DNA from: Lepidodermella squamata
Taxonomy: Eukaryota; Animalia; Gastrotricha
Direction: 5' to 3'
DNA length: 64,000 nucleotides
Assembly: GCA_047495785.1 (NCBI GenBank)
Contig: JBLDXI010000034.1
Span: 930,001-994,000 of the forward strand
The notes beneath the pieces are model-generated. The model did no database searches. It was not told where the DNA came from and saw nothing but the letters and a program-made list of their open reading frames with translations. Position 1 is the first letter of the stretch. Every line of letters starts with the position of its first letter. Of this stretch, positions 12,567 to 24,342 are shown one piece after another. Both the position numbers and the translations under genes were made by a program.

Positions 12567-12902
12567 CTATGGCTCCGCTTCTTCTCGCGCAGTGCTTGGC
12601 TTGCAGGTTTTCCTGCATTCCATAAACGCCTTCTGGTCCTTACCATGTGCTTCCAGGCATTTCTTAATGTGTGCCTCCTTTTCATCTGGTTTAACGATGC
12701 ACGATTTCATGAGGTTTCCCGTTGACTTGTTGGTCTGGTTTTTCATGCATTCAATCTGCTGTTTATCGATAATGCCAGCATCGGCCAAATATATGGCGGC
12801 AGCAGCAACCTGTATCGGAACATCGTAGGTGAAAGCATTTGGGGAATTTTACTACAACAATCATACCAATAAGACAGCGGTAATGACAGTCAGCTTGGCC
12901 AT
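12567..12902 (-). CDS. Secreted REEAEP-family peptide A (exons 12902-12867, 12809-12567)
   Basis: MAKLTVITAVLL|VAAAAIYLADA GIIDKQQIEC...CRKTCKPSTAREEAEP; 36-nt first exon and phase-0 intron shared with four paralogs. Confidence 0.85.
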
Positions 12903-13536
12903 AATGTTCACAATTAAGAGAGAATTCTGAATTTTTTTAAGAGACGAAAAACTGAATAATGAACTCGGGGTGAGCTTGGCCTCTCGATAAGCAGTTTTCC
13001 AGATGTCCGCCCGCAGAGCATACAATGACTAAATTTGGCACTTGGCGGCGAAAATCATGAAAAATAAAAAGAGAAAACATTTCGCCATTATATTGTAGAT
13101 TGTACTAAGTTTTGGAAATTTCACATGCTTACGTGATCATCTCTGCCAACTTCAATCATTGTGTGATCAGCGGGCTGGCAAACAGCTTATCGAGAGGTCA
13201 GTTCTCCAGCCAGTAGAATTTTTGAGAAAATGGGTTGATGTATGTTATGCATACTTTCGTTTCGCTGACAATATGCTATGACGGCGGGTTTGTGCAATCG
13301 AAATAGACATCGAAATAGTCGAACGGCCACCCCGTGACTCGACGCTCCTTTGTTGCCTTCTCAGACGGCCTCTCGCTTCAACCCGTCAGGTTGGACTTGC
13401 CGTCAGCCCTATACCAGCCGTGAAAATCGGCCGCCTGACGAATTTATATCAATGCAAACCACGGTTATGGCCCAAGGACAAGAGCACACGGTGCTGCATA
13501 TCCTTGTCGTCGATCTGCTCTCTCAGTTCCTGCCAT

Positions 13537-14312
13537 GGAAATGTCAAGACTTGGCCAGGCCCTCCTTAAACACCTCCCACAGCTAACCATAAAACTCGTG
13601 AAGCGCGCTCCCCAGTCTGAAAAATTGCGTTGCGACCGCTATCCATGAACCATCCAACGCCATAGAACCATAATGGGGGGCTGAATTGCGGGCTGAATTG
13701 CAAGCTCCAGTGTTGAGGTTGAGATAACAAGCTGAAGTCGATAGCTTGTTGAGGCAGGAGATCATGAACAAGCAGGGACACGACAAGACAGAAATCACGG
13801 AATCGTTGCCATGACACCAGCTTGAAACAACGACAACGCCATGAAACGAAGACAGGGGCGAAGCAGTCGTAGAATCGAGATCGCGGCGCCCTGGGCAAGC
13901 TATCCAGCGAGTTACAGGCGTTGAAGTCCAACATCAGTGAGGCTGCCCCAATCATCGCTTGACCGTGAACAACAAGATTCGTAGCCATAACCAGTGAGCA
14001 GTAGCAAACCGAACACGCAAGCCAGTGCGATACCTCGAGCGTAAGGCCTGGATATTGGAGATTAACGTCTGCGGTGATGGGCTGAACGCCATAGACCAGA
14101 AATCATCGCTATTGAAGTCGATGTCGCGACACCACAAGCGGGCCAGGGCGATACCATAGCGTTGGCACTGTCGACGAATACGAACCGAATGAAACTTGGC
14201 AGGAAGATTCCGTAGTAGAGTAGTGAGTGGCCGTCCAGCAAGGATTTTGGTTCGATTCATTCTGTCAATAAAGTAGTATAGTGAAGTGCCTGGCCAAGTC
14301 CATGACAGTTCC
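13537..14312. mobile_element. Non-autonomous TIR element, copy 1
   Basis: Ends GGAAATGTCAAGACTTGGCCAGGC and GCCTGGCCAAGTCCATGACAGTTCC are imperfect inverted repeats; 14110-14310 resembles 15740-15916; no TSD seen. Confidence 0.5.
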
Positions 14313-15245
14313 CCGCCCTCCGGCCCCGACCCAGCAGTCTAGGATGACCGCCTGTTTGCGCGGTTCTCTACCTATATCGACATCCGTGGCCTCTCCGTGT
14401 TACTGCTACCCCAACTGCACGTCATAACGGTAGCCATCTAGCTACTCAGTCGCAGGTGCCGACCGCGCTGCCGACACCTGGCAACGCTCAGCACGCCTTC
14501 ATCTTTGACCCCGGAGCAACCGATGAGAACGAAGAAGCGTAGCGCTCAACCTTGCCATGCTGAAACCTGAAGTTACAGGCTCTTGTTCAGATAATTGTAC
14601 CCCTGATGTCTCATCCGCTCGCTGCTTTGTCTGGTTTGTTCCGAGTTAAACCGAGTTCCAGCCGGACCACGGGTGGCGGCACGTACGCTGATCCTGTGCG
14701 ACAGTCTAGTTGAGTTCGGGCATCCTTTCAAGATATCACTGAGCTCAGCTGATTTTGCTTCGTGCAGTTACTTGCCAATTGAGAAAGATCGATAAAACAT
14801 CCCATTAGGGGTAAAAAAACGAGCCAAGTGGTCTCGTCGTCGTCATTTATAAATAAAGCTTGGAAACTGAATCATCGTTTCTCACTGATTTCGATCATGT
14901 CCTAAGCGGAAACATTTTCCATTTCTAATTATGAAATTTCGTTTCAATGCCTTGTCAGGTATTAAACGGCCGTTTATCGGATGTGCCTGGCGAAGCGCAG
15001 CTATGATATTGATGTCAGGGAAATGTCAAGACTAGGCCAGGCACTACTCTATGCTACTTTATTGAGAATGAATCGAACATTGAGGATCTGCCAATCATGG
15101 CCTTAAATAGCATAGAGAAATAAGTAAAACGAACATGGCTTTGCATAATCGATGATCACATTATTATCACAAGCTAGTTAGTTCGATGGCGCGATGCCAG
15201 CTGGCAGATTCTTACAATTGAAGACAATTTTGCCTGCTGAAATTG

Positions 15246-15504
15246 GGGTGTACCCCACTTGCGTATTTCCCACTTGCGTATCTTTTTTTAGGGTTAGGTT
15301 TAGGGTTAGGGTTAGGGTCAGGTTTAGGGTTTGGGTTAGGGTTAGGGTTAAGGTTAGCGTTAGGGTTAAGGTTAGGGTTAGGGTTAGGGTTAAGGTTAAG
15401 GTTAAGGTTAAGGTTAGGGTTAGGGTTAGGGTTAGGTTTGAATTTTTTTTAAGTTTGGTTTTAGCTTAGATACGCAAGTGGGAAATACGCAAGTGGGGGT
15501 AATT
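15246..15504. mobile_element. MITE carrying a telomeric repeat tract
   Basis: ~33-bp inverted repeats (15251-15283, 15468-15501) flanked by a 9-bp direct repeat CTGAAATTG (15237-15245, 15505-15513). Confidence 0.8.
15288..15440 (+). repeat. Interstitial telomeric repeat (TTAGGG)n with TTAAGG variants
   Basis: About 25 hexamer units read directly. Confidence 0.95.
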
Positions 15505-15989
15505 CTGAAATTGATGAAACTTTTTGTATTCCAGTGAGAAACGCGGTGAAAGGTTCAAGTTTCGGTGCTAGCTCGAACTTAAAAAGGGGAAAAGAATCTT
15601 TGAATTAGGAAACATCTCAACATCTATGGAACCCATGCTTCTTAGCTTTTTGGTAGCAGCTTTTTGATAGCCTTGGACCCTAGACCACGAGTGCTGGACG
15701 CTGGATGACTGATTCACAAGTTTCTAATTCATCGATCGCTAGCAAATTAATGTCGCAACACCACAAGCGGGCCATGGCGATACCATCGCGTTGGCATTGT
15801 AGACGAATACGAACCGAACGAGACTTGGCAGGAAGATTCCGAAGCGTAAGAATAGTGAGTGGCCGTTCAGCAAGGATTTTGATTCGATTCAGTAGTGTCT
15901 GGCCAGTCCATGACAGATGCTCACCCTCCAACACCGATCTCAGTGGTCTCAGTAAATCTAGACACGATATGCCCGGTGTAACATCATCT

Positions 15990-16800
15990 TTCATCAGACT
16001 TCACTTCTCGATATTGAAGTGAAGCGACTACGGACTGTCTTCAAGAACCTGAATTATCCTACTGAACAATTTGATTCGAGCATGTCTAGATTTACTGAGC
16101 GAGCTGTCACTGGCGAATTCAATCAACTGAAATGGAAGGATGGAAATCAACCGATACGCATAACTATGCCATTTATTGATGAAAAAGCGTCACAAGTGGT
16201 GAAGCGTCACCTTCGAGACCTAAGTAACAAAATAGAATTGTCTGTAGAACCAATATTCCTTAGCAAGAAAGTCATCGACAATTTCCGCCCCAAGGAGCCG
16301 AAATCGTTAACCAGCAACGTGTTGTGTATCACTTTAAATGTGATCAGTGCGAAACTGATTATGTTGGGATGACATCCAAACACTTACATCAACGCGTTGA
16401 AGGTCATCGATACACGGGAGTTGGCAAACATATGGAGCATGGCGTTGGGCAGCATGGCGTTGGGATGGACGAACTTGATAAGTATTTCAAGGTGCTCGCT
16501 AAAGGACAAACTAAATGGGATTGCCTTTTCTCGAAATGCTCTACATTCGTAAGCTTAAGCCTAATCTCAACAAACAGAATGACTCGATTAAAGCTAAGTT
16601 ATTTACGGAGCCGATATTCCATGAGAAGTGCAAGAAGAAGATGAAAAGCTAATCGGATCATAATTTCAATATACTTTAAAACATCAACCTTAATGATTAA
16701 TTTAACTTCAAATTTCGATTTAATTTCTTAACTAATGCCTGAAGATGGTTATCGAGTATAACCGAAACGGTGGAATAAATGCGTTACGTTTCATAAACAA
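15990..16800 (+). mobile_element. Penelope-like retroelement 3' remnant (RT C-terminus/linker + GIY-YIG endonuclease, frameshifted)
   Basis: LNYP and ITMPFI linker, then YHFKCDQCETDYVGMTSKHLHQRVEGH and a frameshifted EMLYIRKLKPNLN, typical of the Penelope GIY-YIG domain; AATAAA downstream. Confidence 0.85.
16738..16772 (+). ncRNA. Minimal hammerhead ribozyme-like motif in the Penelope 3' repeat (probably degenerate)
   Basis: CTGAAGA-T-GGTTAT-cgagt-ATAACC-GAAAC core with a 6-bp stem II; downstream cleavage triplet is not canonical. Confidence 0.5.
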
Positions 16801-17310
16801 CATCTCCTCACTTGCTGCGAATTACTGATAATTCAACACTGTACACCCGCTGAAGCTTCTCGTACAACTCTTAAGTTGCAGTTCCGGCCACCCAATTGGC
16901 ACCCGACTTAGTTTGGGTTCAAAGCTTTTCTCATTTGCCCATGTCATTTTTGTTTTTGTTTCTGTAATATATTTTGCAGCCTGAAACTGACCCTGCGGGG
17001 CGTAGGAATGGGAGCGATAAAGACAGTGCATTTTTGAAACCCGCAAAGTGTCAAAAGCGAAAACCTACCATTTCATCAATGATATTCATGCCCAATATAT
17101 TACCTGACATTTATCAAGCATCGGTTGATTTTCCAGCCCCTGAACTGACACAAAACAGCCTCGGACAACATCTTTATTTGTCAACTCTCTCTAGCATCAA
17201 CAACTTCTAGGGTAGCGTAAGTCGTCAGCTCAAGATTGTATCTTCTCCATCTTCTTCTCACCTGTAGCTCGCACTGAGTTGTCCGCTCGCTGGATCTCCC
17301 CGAAAAGATC

Positions 17311-17660
17311 TCAATTTGCTGGCTCCGCTTCTTCTCGCCCAGTGCTTGGTTTGAAATTTTTTATGCAAGCACGCCTCGTTCTCGGAGTTCCACCTGCACT
17401 GATGCAATCCCGATAGTGTGCTTCCTCCTGAGCATCCGTCGGTAATTTAGCTTTTTGCAGGCAATCAGTGTACTTCTTCCCTATCAAATTCGTATTCACG
17501 CACAATTTCGCCTGATTTGCAGTGATAAAAGCATCTGCAAAATCTACAGCAGCAGCAACAACCTGTAGTACAAAATATCTTAGATGAAAACATGACGAGA
17601 ATAGTGTTACTACGCCAATCATACCAATAGGACAGTGAGGATAACAGCAGGGTTGGCCAT
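17311..17660 (-). CDS. Secreted REEAEP-family peptide B (exons 17660-17625, 17562-17311)
   Basis: MANPAVILTVLL|VVAAAVDFADA FITANQAKLC...CIKNFKPSTGREEAEPAN; 4 Cys. Confidence 0.85.
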
Positions 17661-18049
17661 AATGTTCACAATTTAACAAAATTATCACTTATTCAAAGAG
17701 ATGAAAAACTGAATAATGAACATTGGATGAGCTCGCCTCTCGATTAGCTGTTTTCTAGACGTCTGCCCGCTGAGCACACAATGATCGAAGTTGGCGGTTG
17801 GTAATGAAGATCATACGAAGGAAAAACCATTTCGCTAATTATCTTGTTAAAGCATTCAAGTTGTAGAAACTTAATAAATGCTCATTTCCTACTTACGTGA
17901 TCATCCTTGCCAACTTCATTTAATGTGTGCTCAACTGGCAGATTCCTGGAAAAAAGCCGATCGAAAAACGTGAGGCCAGCTCACCCTCACTTCATTATTA
18001 ATTTTTCATCTTTTTGAATAAGTGATAATTTTGTTAAATTATGAACATT

Positions 18050-18205
18050 ATGGCCAAGCTTGCTGTTTTCATCACTGTCCTATTGGCGTAGTAACAATAG
18101 CAGATTCTCAGGAGGAAGCACATAATTGTAATTGCATCAAAACCAGTTTCAACTGTGAATGTGAAACCAATCACTGAGCAAGAAGAAGCGGAGCCAGCAA
18201 CTTGA
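18050..18205 (+). pseudogene. Inverted, internally deleted copy of the REEAEP peptide gene (B')
   Basis: ATGGCCAAGCTTGCT...CTATTG then GCG TAG (splice donor lost); remnants DSQEEAH and EQEEAEPAT. Confidence 0.8.
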
Positions 18206-18641
18206 GAGCTATAAGTGAGAAGAATATGGAGAAGATCTAATCGCGAGCTGACGACTTTCGCTGTCATTGGAGCTGTTGATGCTAGAGATGAATCGTGCGG
18301 CTAACTAATAAAAATGTTGTCAGTGGCTGTTTTGTATCAGTTGAGGTGCTGGAAAATCACCGTGTGTAGACTTCGCGGTCGGGTTTTGGTCATGAATCGC
18401 AGAGTGTGAAAGGGTAACTTTTCACCCTTCACGCTTTGCGGGTTCGAAAACTCAACCGAGGAAATGAAAACCCGAGTCGGGTACATATTAACCAAAAAAG
18501 AAAGCGACACCAAGTTGCTTCTGATTACAACTTTATTTATAACGGGCAACGTTTCGGTCCTTGCGTGGACCATCATCAGGCTACAACAAAAGAAAACACA
18601 ACAAGAAATTATTACAGTAAAGGACGAAAGCACAACAAGGT

Positions 18642-18848
18642 ATCAGGATGAAAATAGAAACTAGAAACTGTCAAAATAGCTTTAATTTTATTGAGTCAGT
18701 GTGCCAAGTGCCGCAACAGGTGGGACTGCTTGGTCCACGAAAGTCTACTCATCAAGCAGACAAAGATTGCTGTGAGCCTGAACGTGCAGTCCGACTCAAT
18801 AAAATTAAAGCTATTTTGACAGTTTCTAGTTTCTATTTTCATCCTGAT
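18642..18848. mobile_element. MITE with perfect 56-bp terminal inverted repeats
   Basis: ATCAGGATGAAAATAG...TATTGAGTC (18642-18697) is the exact reverse complement of 18793-18848. Confidence 0.8.
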
Positions 18849-19954
18849 TGCCTACGACATATATTACAAGAAAGTACAACGAAGTTGCCACTTGCCACTT
18901 GGCACCCTTTCTCCACTCTTGGATGATGTGAGTAATGAGTATGGCATCCAACAAATTGAATATTTGCAGTGGAGTTATGAACGTCCCAAGATAAGACACA
19001 GCATCGGCTACTGGATGTACAGCCAGAGTATCGACTGATCGAGTATAACCCGTAAGAAACATCGACAGACAGCACAAGGATGCGGCCATCGTCAAGCCGA
19101 CCGTAGGGCCGACCGAATACTTCGGCTGTTGCCTGCGAACACTGCTTATTCATTTCCACGCTTCACGTTTAGCAGTTAGAGTTTCTACCTTCTACAATAA
19201 GAAGGTTAGTGATATCGCTGATAGAGTTGCTGATAGAGTTGCTTCACATCTCAAAATGGGTCGAGATTGAGGTCATAAAATGACCGCCCGTGAGACGGTA
19301 TCAAATCTCCAGCCAAAATATCGTCACGTAGCTGTGCAACGTCCTGGAGGATGAGCTGAGGATTGGGTTGGCTCTCCCCACGATGGGGAGGGAGATCGCT
19401 GCTGAAACAGCTGTTCGGACGAGTCGAGCATAATTACACATAACGATTCTGATTTTCCCGAAATTTACAATGGCTTTACACAGGTACTGGCTGAATCCAC
19501 AGCACACCCGGTAAGACTGAGTGACTTACAAACAAATATATCCACGACATGAACGGCGAAATTACGGCTGTAATGTATGCAGTGGTTAGCTGAATCAACG
19601 GCGACAGTATGGGGGTTCCCCACGGCATATTGTTCGTTGAAACTGAGGCTGCGGGGCGTAGGAATGGGAGCAATAAAGACAGTGCATTTTTGAAACGCAA
19701 AGCGTCAAAAGTGAAAAACTACCGTTTCATCCTATGATATTCATGCCCTGACGTTTACCGGAGTAAGCACACATTTGATTATCCAGCCCCTGAACTGACA
19801 CAAAACAGACTCGGACAACATTTTTAATAGTTGGCTCTCTCTAGCATCAAAAGCTTTTACGATAGCGTAAGTCTTATGATTATATCTTCTCCATCTTCTT
19901 CTCACTTGCAGCTCGTACAGAGCTGTCCGATCGCTGAATCTCCCCGTATAACTC

Positions 19955-20297
19955 TCAATTAGCTAGCTCCGCTTCTTCTCGCCCAGTGCTTGGTTTGAAG
20001 CTTTTGACGCAAGCAAGTCTCGTTTTCGGAGTTCCCTTTGCTTTCATGCACTTCCGAAAATGTTCTTCCTCCTCAGCATCCGTTGGTAATTTAGCTTTCT
20101 CCATGCAATCATTGAACTTCTTCCCTCTCGGTGCATTCGCGCATAATTTCGCCTGATTCGCAGTGATAAAAGCATCTGCAAAATCTATAGCAGCAACAGC
20201 AACCTGTAATACAAAATATCTTAGTTGGAAACATGAGGAGAGTGTTACTACGCCAACTCACCAACAGGACAGTGATAATGACAGCAAGCTTGGCCAT
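19955..20297 (-). CDS. Secreted REEAEP-family peptide C (exons 20297-20262, 20203-19955)
   Basis: MAKLAVIITVLL|VAVAAIDFADA FITANQAKLCANAPRGKKFNDC...CVKSFKPSTGREEAELAN; spliced form not in ORF track. Confidence 0.85.
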
Positions 20298-20529
20298 AAT
20301 GTTCACAATTAAACAAAATTATCACTTCTTCAAGAGGATGAAAAATGAATAATGAACTGAGGGTGAGCTGGCATCTCGATTAGCTGTTTTTCCCGCTGAG
20401 CACACAATGATCGAAGTTGGCGGTTGGCAGCGAAGATCATACGGAGGAAAAAACATTTCGCTATGATCTTGTATGAAGCATTCAAGTTGTAGAAACTTAA
20501 TAGCATAAATGCTCATTATTGCCTACATA

Positions 20530-21000
20530 TGTACGTGATCATCCTTACCAACTTCAGTCATTGTGTGCTCAACTGGCAGAAGCCTGGAAAAAAGCCGATC
20601 GAGAAACGTGAGGCCAGCTCGCCCTCACTTCATTATTCATTTTTTATCTTTTTGAATAAGTGATAAAAGCTATACGGGGAGCGGACAACTCAGTGTGAGC
20701 TGCAAGTGAGAAGAAGATGGAGAAGATCTAATCTAGAGCTGACGACTTTCGCCGTTGGAGCCGTTGATGCTAGAGATGAATGGTGCGGCTAACTAATAAA
20801 AATGTTGCCAGTGGCTGTTTTGTATCAGTTGAGGTGCTGGAAAATCAACGTATGTAGACTCCGCGGTCGGGTAACATATTGGCCATGAATCGCAGAGTGT
20901 GAAAGGGTAGCTTTTCACTCTCCACGCTTTGCGGGTTCAAACTCAACTGACTCTATTACCCCCATTTCTTAGCCCCGAACTAGCAGGCTCAGTTTCAGAC
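20530..21000 (+). pseudogene. Inverted companion C': upstream region and 3' flank retained, entire CDS deleted
   Basis: Matches 17893-18030 and 18205-18450, but the 5' leader is joined directly to 3'-UTR sequence near 20666. Confidence 0.7.
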
Positions 21001-22300
21001 AGCAAGCAATATTCCATATAAAAGCTGTTTGAGAAATCTTCATGCCAGCGAGATAATGCGATATGAACCAAAAGTGAAATTTTGAGATAAACAACAAAAC
21101 GTTGCCTAAAAACGGTAGAAATGATGACATTTTTTATATTTTATATTATTTTCTAACTCAGGCTTTCAAGCTTTATTTTCTGCCGTTGTGGCCTGACAAA
21201 TCTTCGTCCTGATACACTGTTCCATTGTCATCCCAGTGTCCAAGACTAGTCCCATCGAGGTGTCCGGGTTCTCTGCGGTTCTTCTTCCACATCTTAGACG
21301 TAAGTACGCGAACGTTGTATCCACCCGCTTTCGTGGGTCCATCGAGACGCGATGAACCTGCGCCCATGCTGTCGCTCGCCGTTCGCCTTCTTCGAGTCGC
21401 CGCTGTTCGTGCCTCCGAGGTATACATCATCAGCGAAGCAATGCGTTTGCGGGGCGCGGTAGGATGGTGCGGCGATTTGACGGCCGACTGCCCTGCTAAT
21501 TCCGGCATAAAAACTAGCCAGAGGGTGGGGCCTAGCGCATCCTGTCATGAAAGCCGCTTGGCCGCTGACCGTTTGTGATGTTCCTGAAAGCTCGCGAGGT
21601 TTAAATTCGGGTTTTTTGGTTACGAGCCCAGTGTAGAAGATGGACATTTTGCCGAAAGGGGAATAAAGGCAAGGGTCGGCCCCCCCTTATATCGCTCAAG
21701 TTTCCGCAGGGGCCAGGGAAAAAAATGTAAGAGCCCCCCCCCCCCTTCCCCCGCCATCTTCGACACTCGTAACGAGCCAATTTCTATCACTAATTATCAA
21801 ACAGCTAAGAACATATTCCTCCCTTTTTTCCTCTATTTTGCAAAGTAAGCTATTGGTTCTGGGTTCCGACATATTGATCACCAGTTTTCACATAGGTCAA
21901 AACACCATTGTTAAGGACTCCGATTGAAAACTCCTGGAAACACAAGAAACTTTCATAAACTTGGATTGCTGACATCCACGTTATCCACAATTCGGATTTT
22001 TTGTTATTTTTCAGCCGAAATGCGGGATCATTCGACCACGGGATCGGAGCAGGTTAACATTTCAGGTTGTAATTTCTTACCGGTGAAGCTTAAAAAATGA
22101 ACAAAAACCGACTTGAGTCAAAACAAGATGGATTTCCCGCGACTGACCTGACAAAAATCATCCTCTGACAATTTTTTTATTGGTAAACAGCAAGATTCAT
22201 CTCTACCAACAGCAGCTCCAACGACAACAGTCACGGTTATCTTCTTCAGCTTCTTCTCACTTGCTGCACATTCAAAGGTCGCTAAAGCTCCCCGTACAAC

Positions 22301-22648
22301 TCAATTCGCTGGCTCTGCTTCTTCTCGCCCAGCTGTTGGTTTGAAACTGTTGACGCATTCAACCTGCGCATTCTTGGTTGGTTGTTCTTTGATGCATTTC
22401 CAATAATGAGCTTCCTCCTCGCGATCAGTTGGTAACCTAGCTTCCTGCAGGCATTGCCTGTACTTCTGCGGTCTCATGCCTTTATTTAAGCATTTATTCT
22501 TCTGATTCACCGTTAAAAAGCCAGCATCTGCCCAATCGATTACAGCAGCAACAACCTGTAAACGATCATCATAAGAGAAAACATTCAAGGAATGAAACTA
22601 CGACAATCATACCAATGAAACGGCGATAATGACAGCTAGCTTTGTCAT
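22301..22648 (-). CDS. Secreted REEAEP-family peptide D (exons 22648-22613, 22555-22301)
   Basis: MTKLAVIIAVSL|VVAAVIDWADA GFLTVNQKNKC...CVNSFKPTAGREEAEPAN. Confidence 0.85.
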
Positions 22649-22862
22649 GACGTTCACAATTAAGAAAGAATTAAAACTTTTTTAAAAAAGGAAAATACGA
22701 ATAATGAACTCAGGGTGAGCTGGCCTCTCTCGATTAGCAGTTTTGCCCGCTGATCAAACAATGATCGAAGTTGGCAGCGAAGGTCGTACAAAACATTTCC
22801 CTATGATGTTGTAGGTGGAAGGCAAGTTCTAGATACTCCATAGCATGAGATCTATGTTCATG

Positions 22863-23050
22863 CTTACGCGAACATCCCTGGTTACTTCAATCTTTGTGTG
22901 CTCAGCGGGCAACGCATCATACCGAAAAGCCAGCATAGCTCATTATTCGTATTTTCATCCCTTTAAAAAGTGATAATTTTTTCTTAATTGTGAACATAAC
23001 GGCGAAGCTAGCTGCCATTATCGCTGTCTTATTGTTATGATTGTCGTCAA
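22863..23050 (+). pseudogene. Inverted companion D' (upstream region + dead exon 1)
   Basis: GTGAACATA-ACG-GCGAAGCTAGCTGCCATTATCGCTGTCTTATTG-TTATGA: ATG changed to ACG and GT donor changed to TT. Confidence 0.7.
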
Positions 23051-23797
23051 TGAACTAGAGATCTTTCCCAATGTTTCTTTTCGATTTGTCTCAACCCTTG
23101 TTTGCCAGCTCATGCTCTTTCCAAGGAGGGGAGAGTGGATGGGAGGGGGAGGGGCTGTAGTAGTCATGGTAGTCACATGTTCAAATTTTTTAAATGCAAC
23201 TGTGCCTCCATTTTTCTATTAAATTCAATGAAACCTTTGGACGTCATTGCATTGAAACGCGGGGAATCTTTTGATATAAATTCGCCCAAATGAATTGCAA
23301 AATCGGACCGCAATAACAAAAACCGCAGAACATGGCGAAGTAGGATTCGAAGTAGGATTCCGGAGCTGAGGTGTATTTCGGTGCCGAGACGAAGAACCAA
23401 GGTCCCCAGGTGGTTTTTCGGCTTTCCTAAGGTTTGGCATCTCGAAGGTAGGGTCTCGCGACACCCCAGCACTCCTGTACCCCGTTGACTGCGGTATAGG
23501 GTATGCGGTACGACCGTTCCGCCCTGTACTTGTGGCACACTGATCGAGAGCTTTTTAACTCTATGGGACCTAGACGATAAACCCGTAGTCATAGCAGGCT
23601 GTTTTCCAGCCCCTGAACTGACACAAAACAGCCTCTGGCAATCTGTTTTATTAGATAGCAACGGGATTCATCTTAAATAGAATCAACAGCTTCAATACAA
23701 CACAGCGACTTATCTTCTTCATCTTTTTCTCACTTGCTGCAAATTACGCCCGCGAATTCAATGCCGCCCACTCGCTGAAACTCCTCGTGCAGCACTC

Positions 23798-24113
23798 TCA
23801 ATTTGCTGTTCGGGCCACCCAATCGGCTAAGCCGGCACGCATGGCTTCCTGTGGCTCTGCGTCTTCTCGCCCAGACGGGCAGTTCTTCACGCAGTTCCAC
23901 GACGCCGCTTTCCCAGGATGGTCTCGTATGCATTTGTCATTACATGCTTTCTCCTCAGGACTAATTGTTCGGATTTGTGCTGAAGACTTCTTCTTCGCAT
24001 TTGACCGGTCTATAGCACAACCTGTAAAACGATATTAAAGGCGCATTTTATAGGGAATGTTAATGCGATGATCATACCAATAAGACAGCGATAATGACAG
24101 CTAGCTTTGCCAT
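23798..24113 (-). pseudogene. REEAEP-family peptide E, frameshifted at start of exon 2 (exons 24113-24078, 24021-23798)
   Basis: MAKLAVIIAVLL|VVL* as spliced; homologous frame reads AIDRSNA...CNDKC...CVKNCPSGREDAEPQEAMRAGLADWVARTAN*. Pseudogene or assembly indel. Confidence 0.7.
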
Positions 24114-24342
24114 GATTTTGAAATTTCAAAATTAAGAAAGAAATATCAAGTTTTGAAAGAGATGAAAAACTGAATAATAAACTTTGGGTCAGCTCGCCTC
24201 TCGATGAGCTGTTCTCCAGACGTCTGCCCGCTGTGCACACTGTAGTCGAAGTTGGCGGTTGGCGGCGAAGATCCTACAAAGGGAAAATATTGCTTGTAGC
24301 CGCCAACTTTTAAAAACTTAACAACCTGAATGCTCTTTGCCT

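Larger units (their letters stand above)
15018..15916. mobile_element. Non-autonomous TIR element, copy 2 (hosts the telomeric-repeat MITE)
   Basis: TGTCAAGACTAGGCCAGGCACTACT (15024) and AGTAGTGTCTGGCCAGTCCATGACA (15891) form an inverted pair; 3' part similar to copy 1. Confidence 0.5.

Noticed and set aside
12567-12572. Programmed stop-codon readthrough in peptide A
   Set aside because: Context TAG-GAA is not a leaky one; simple mutation explains it.
13566-14260. ORFs of 140 and 102 aa
   Set aside because: Inside a repeated non-autonomous element; frames are not conserved in the second copy and show no transposase motifs.
15288-15440. True chromosome end or telomere fusion site
   Set aside because: Single orientation, internal, and bounded by TIRs plus a target-site duplication.
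15194-15469. ORFs with RVRVRV and GLGLGL repeats
   Set aside because: Translations of the (TTAGGG)n tract, not genes.
21173-21647. GC-rich stretch with three overlapping ~115-aa ORFs
   Set aside because: No recognisable motif or splice structure; probably a repeat fragment.
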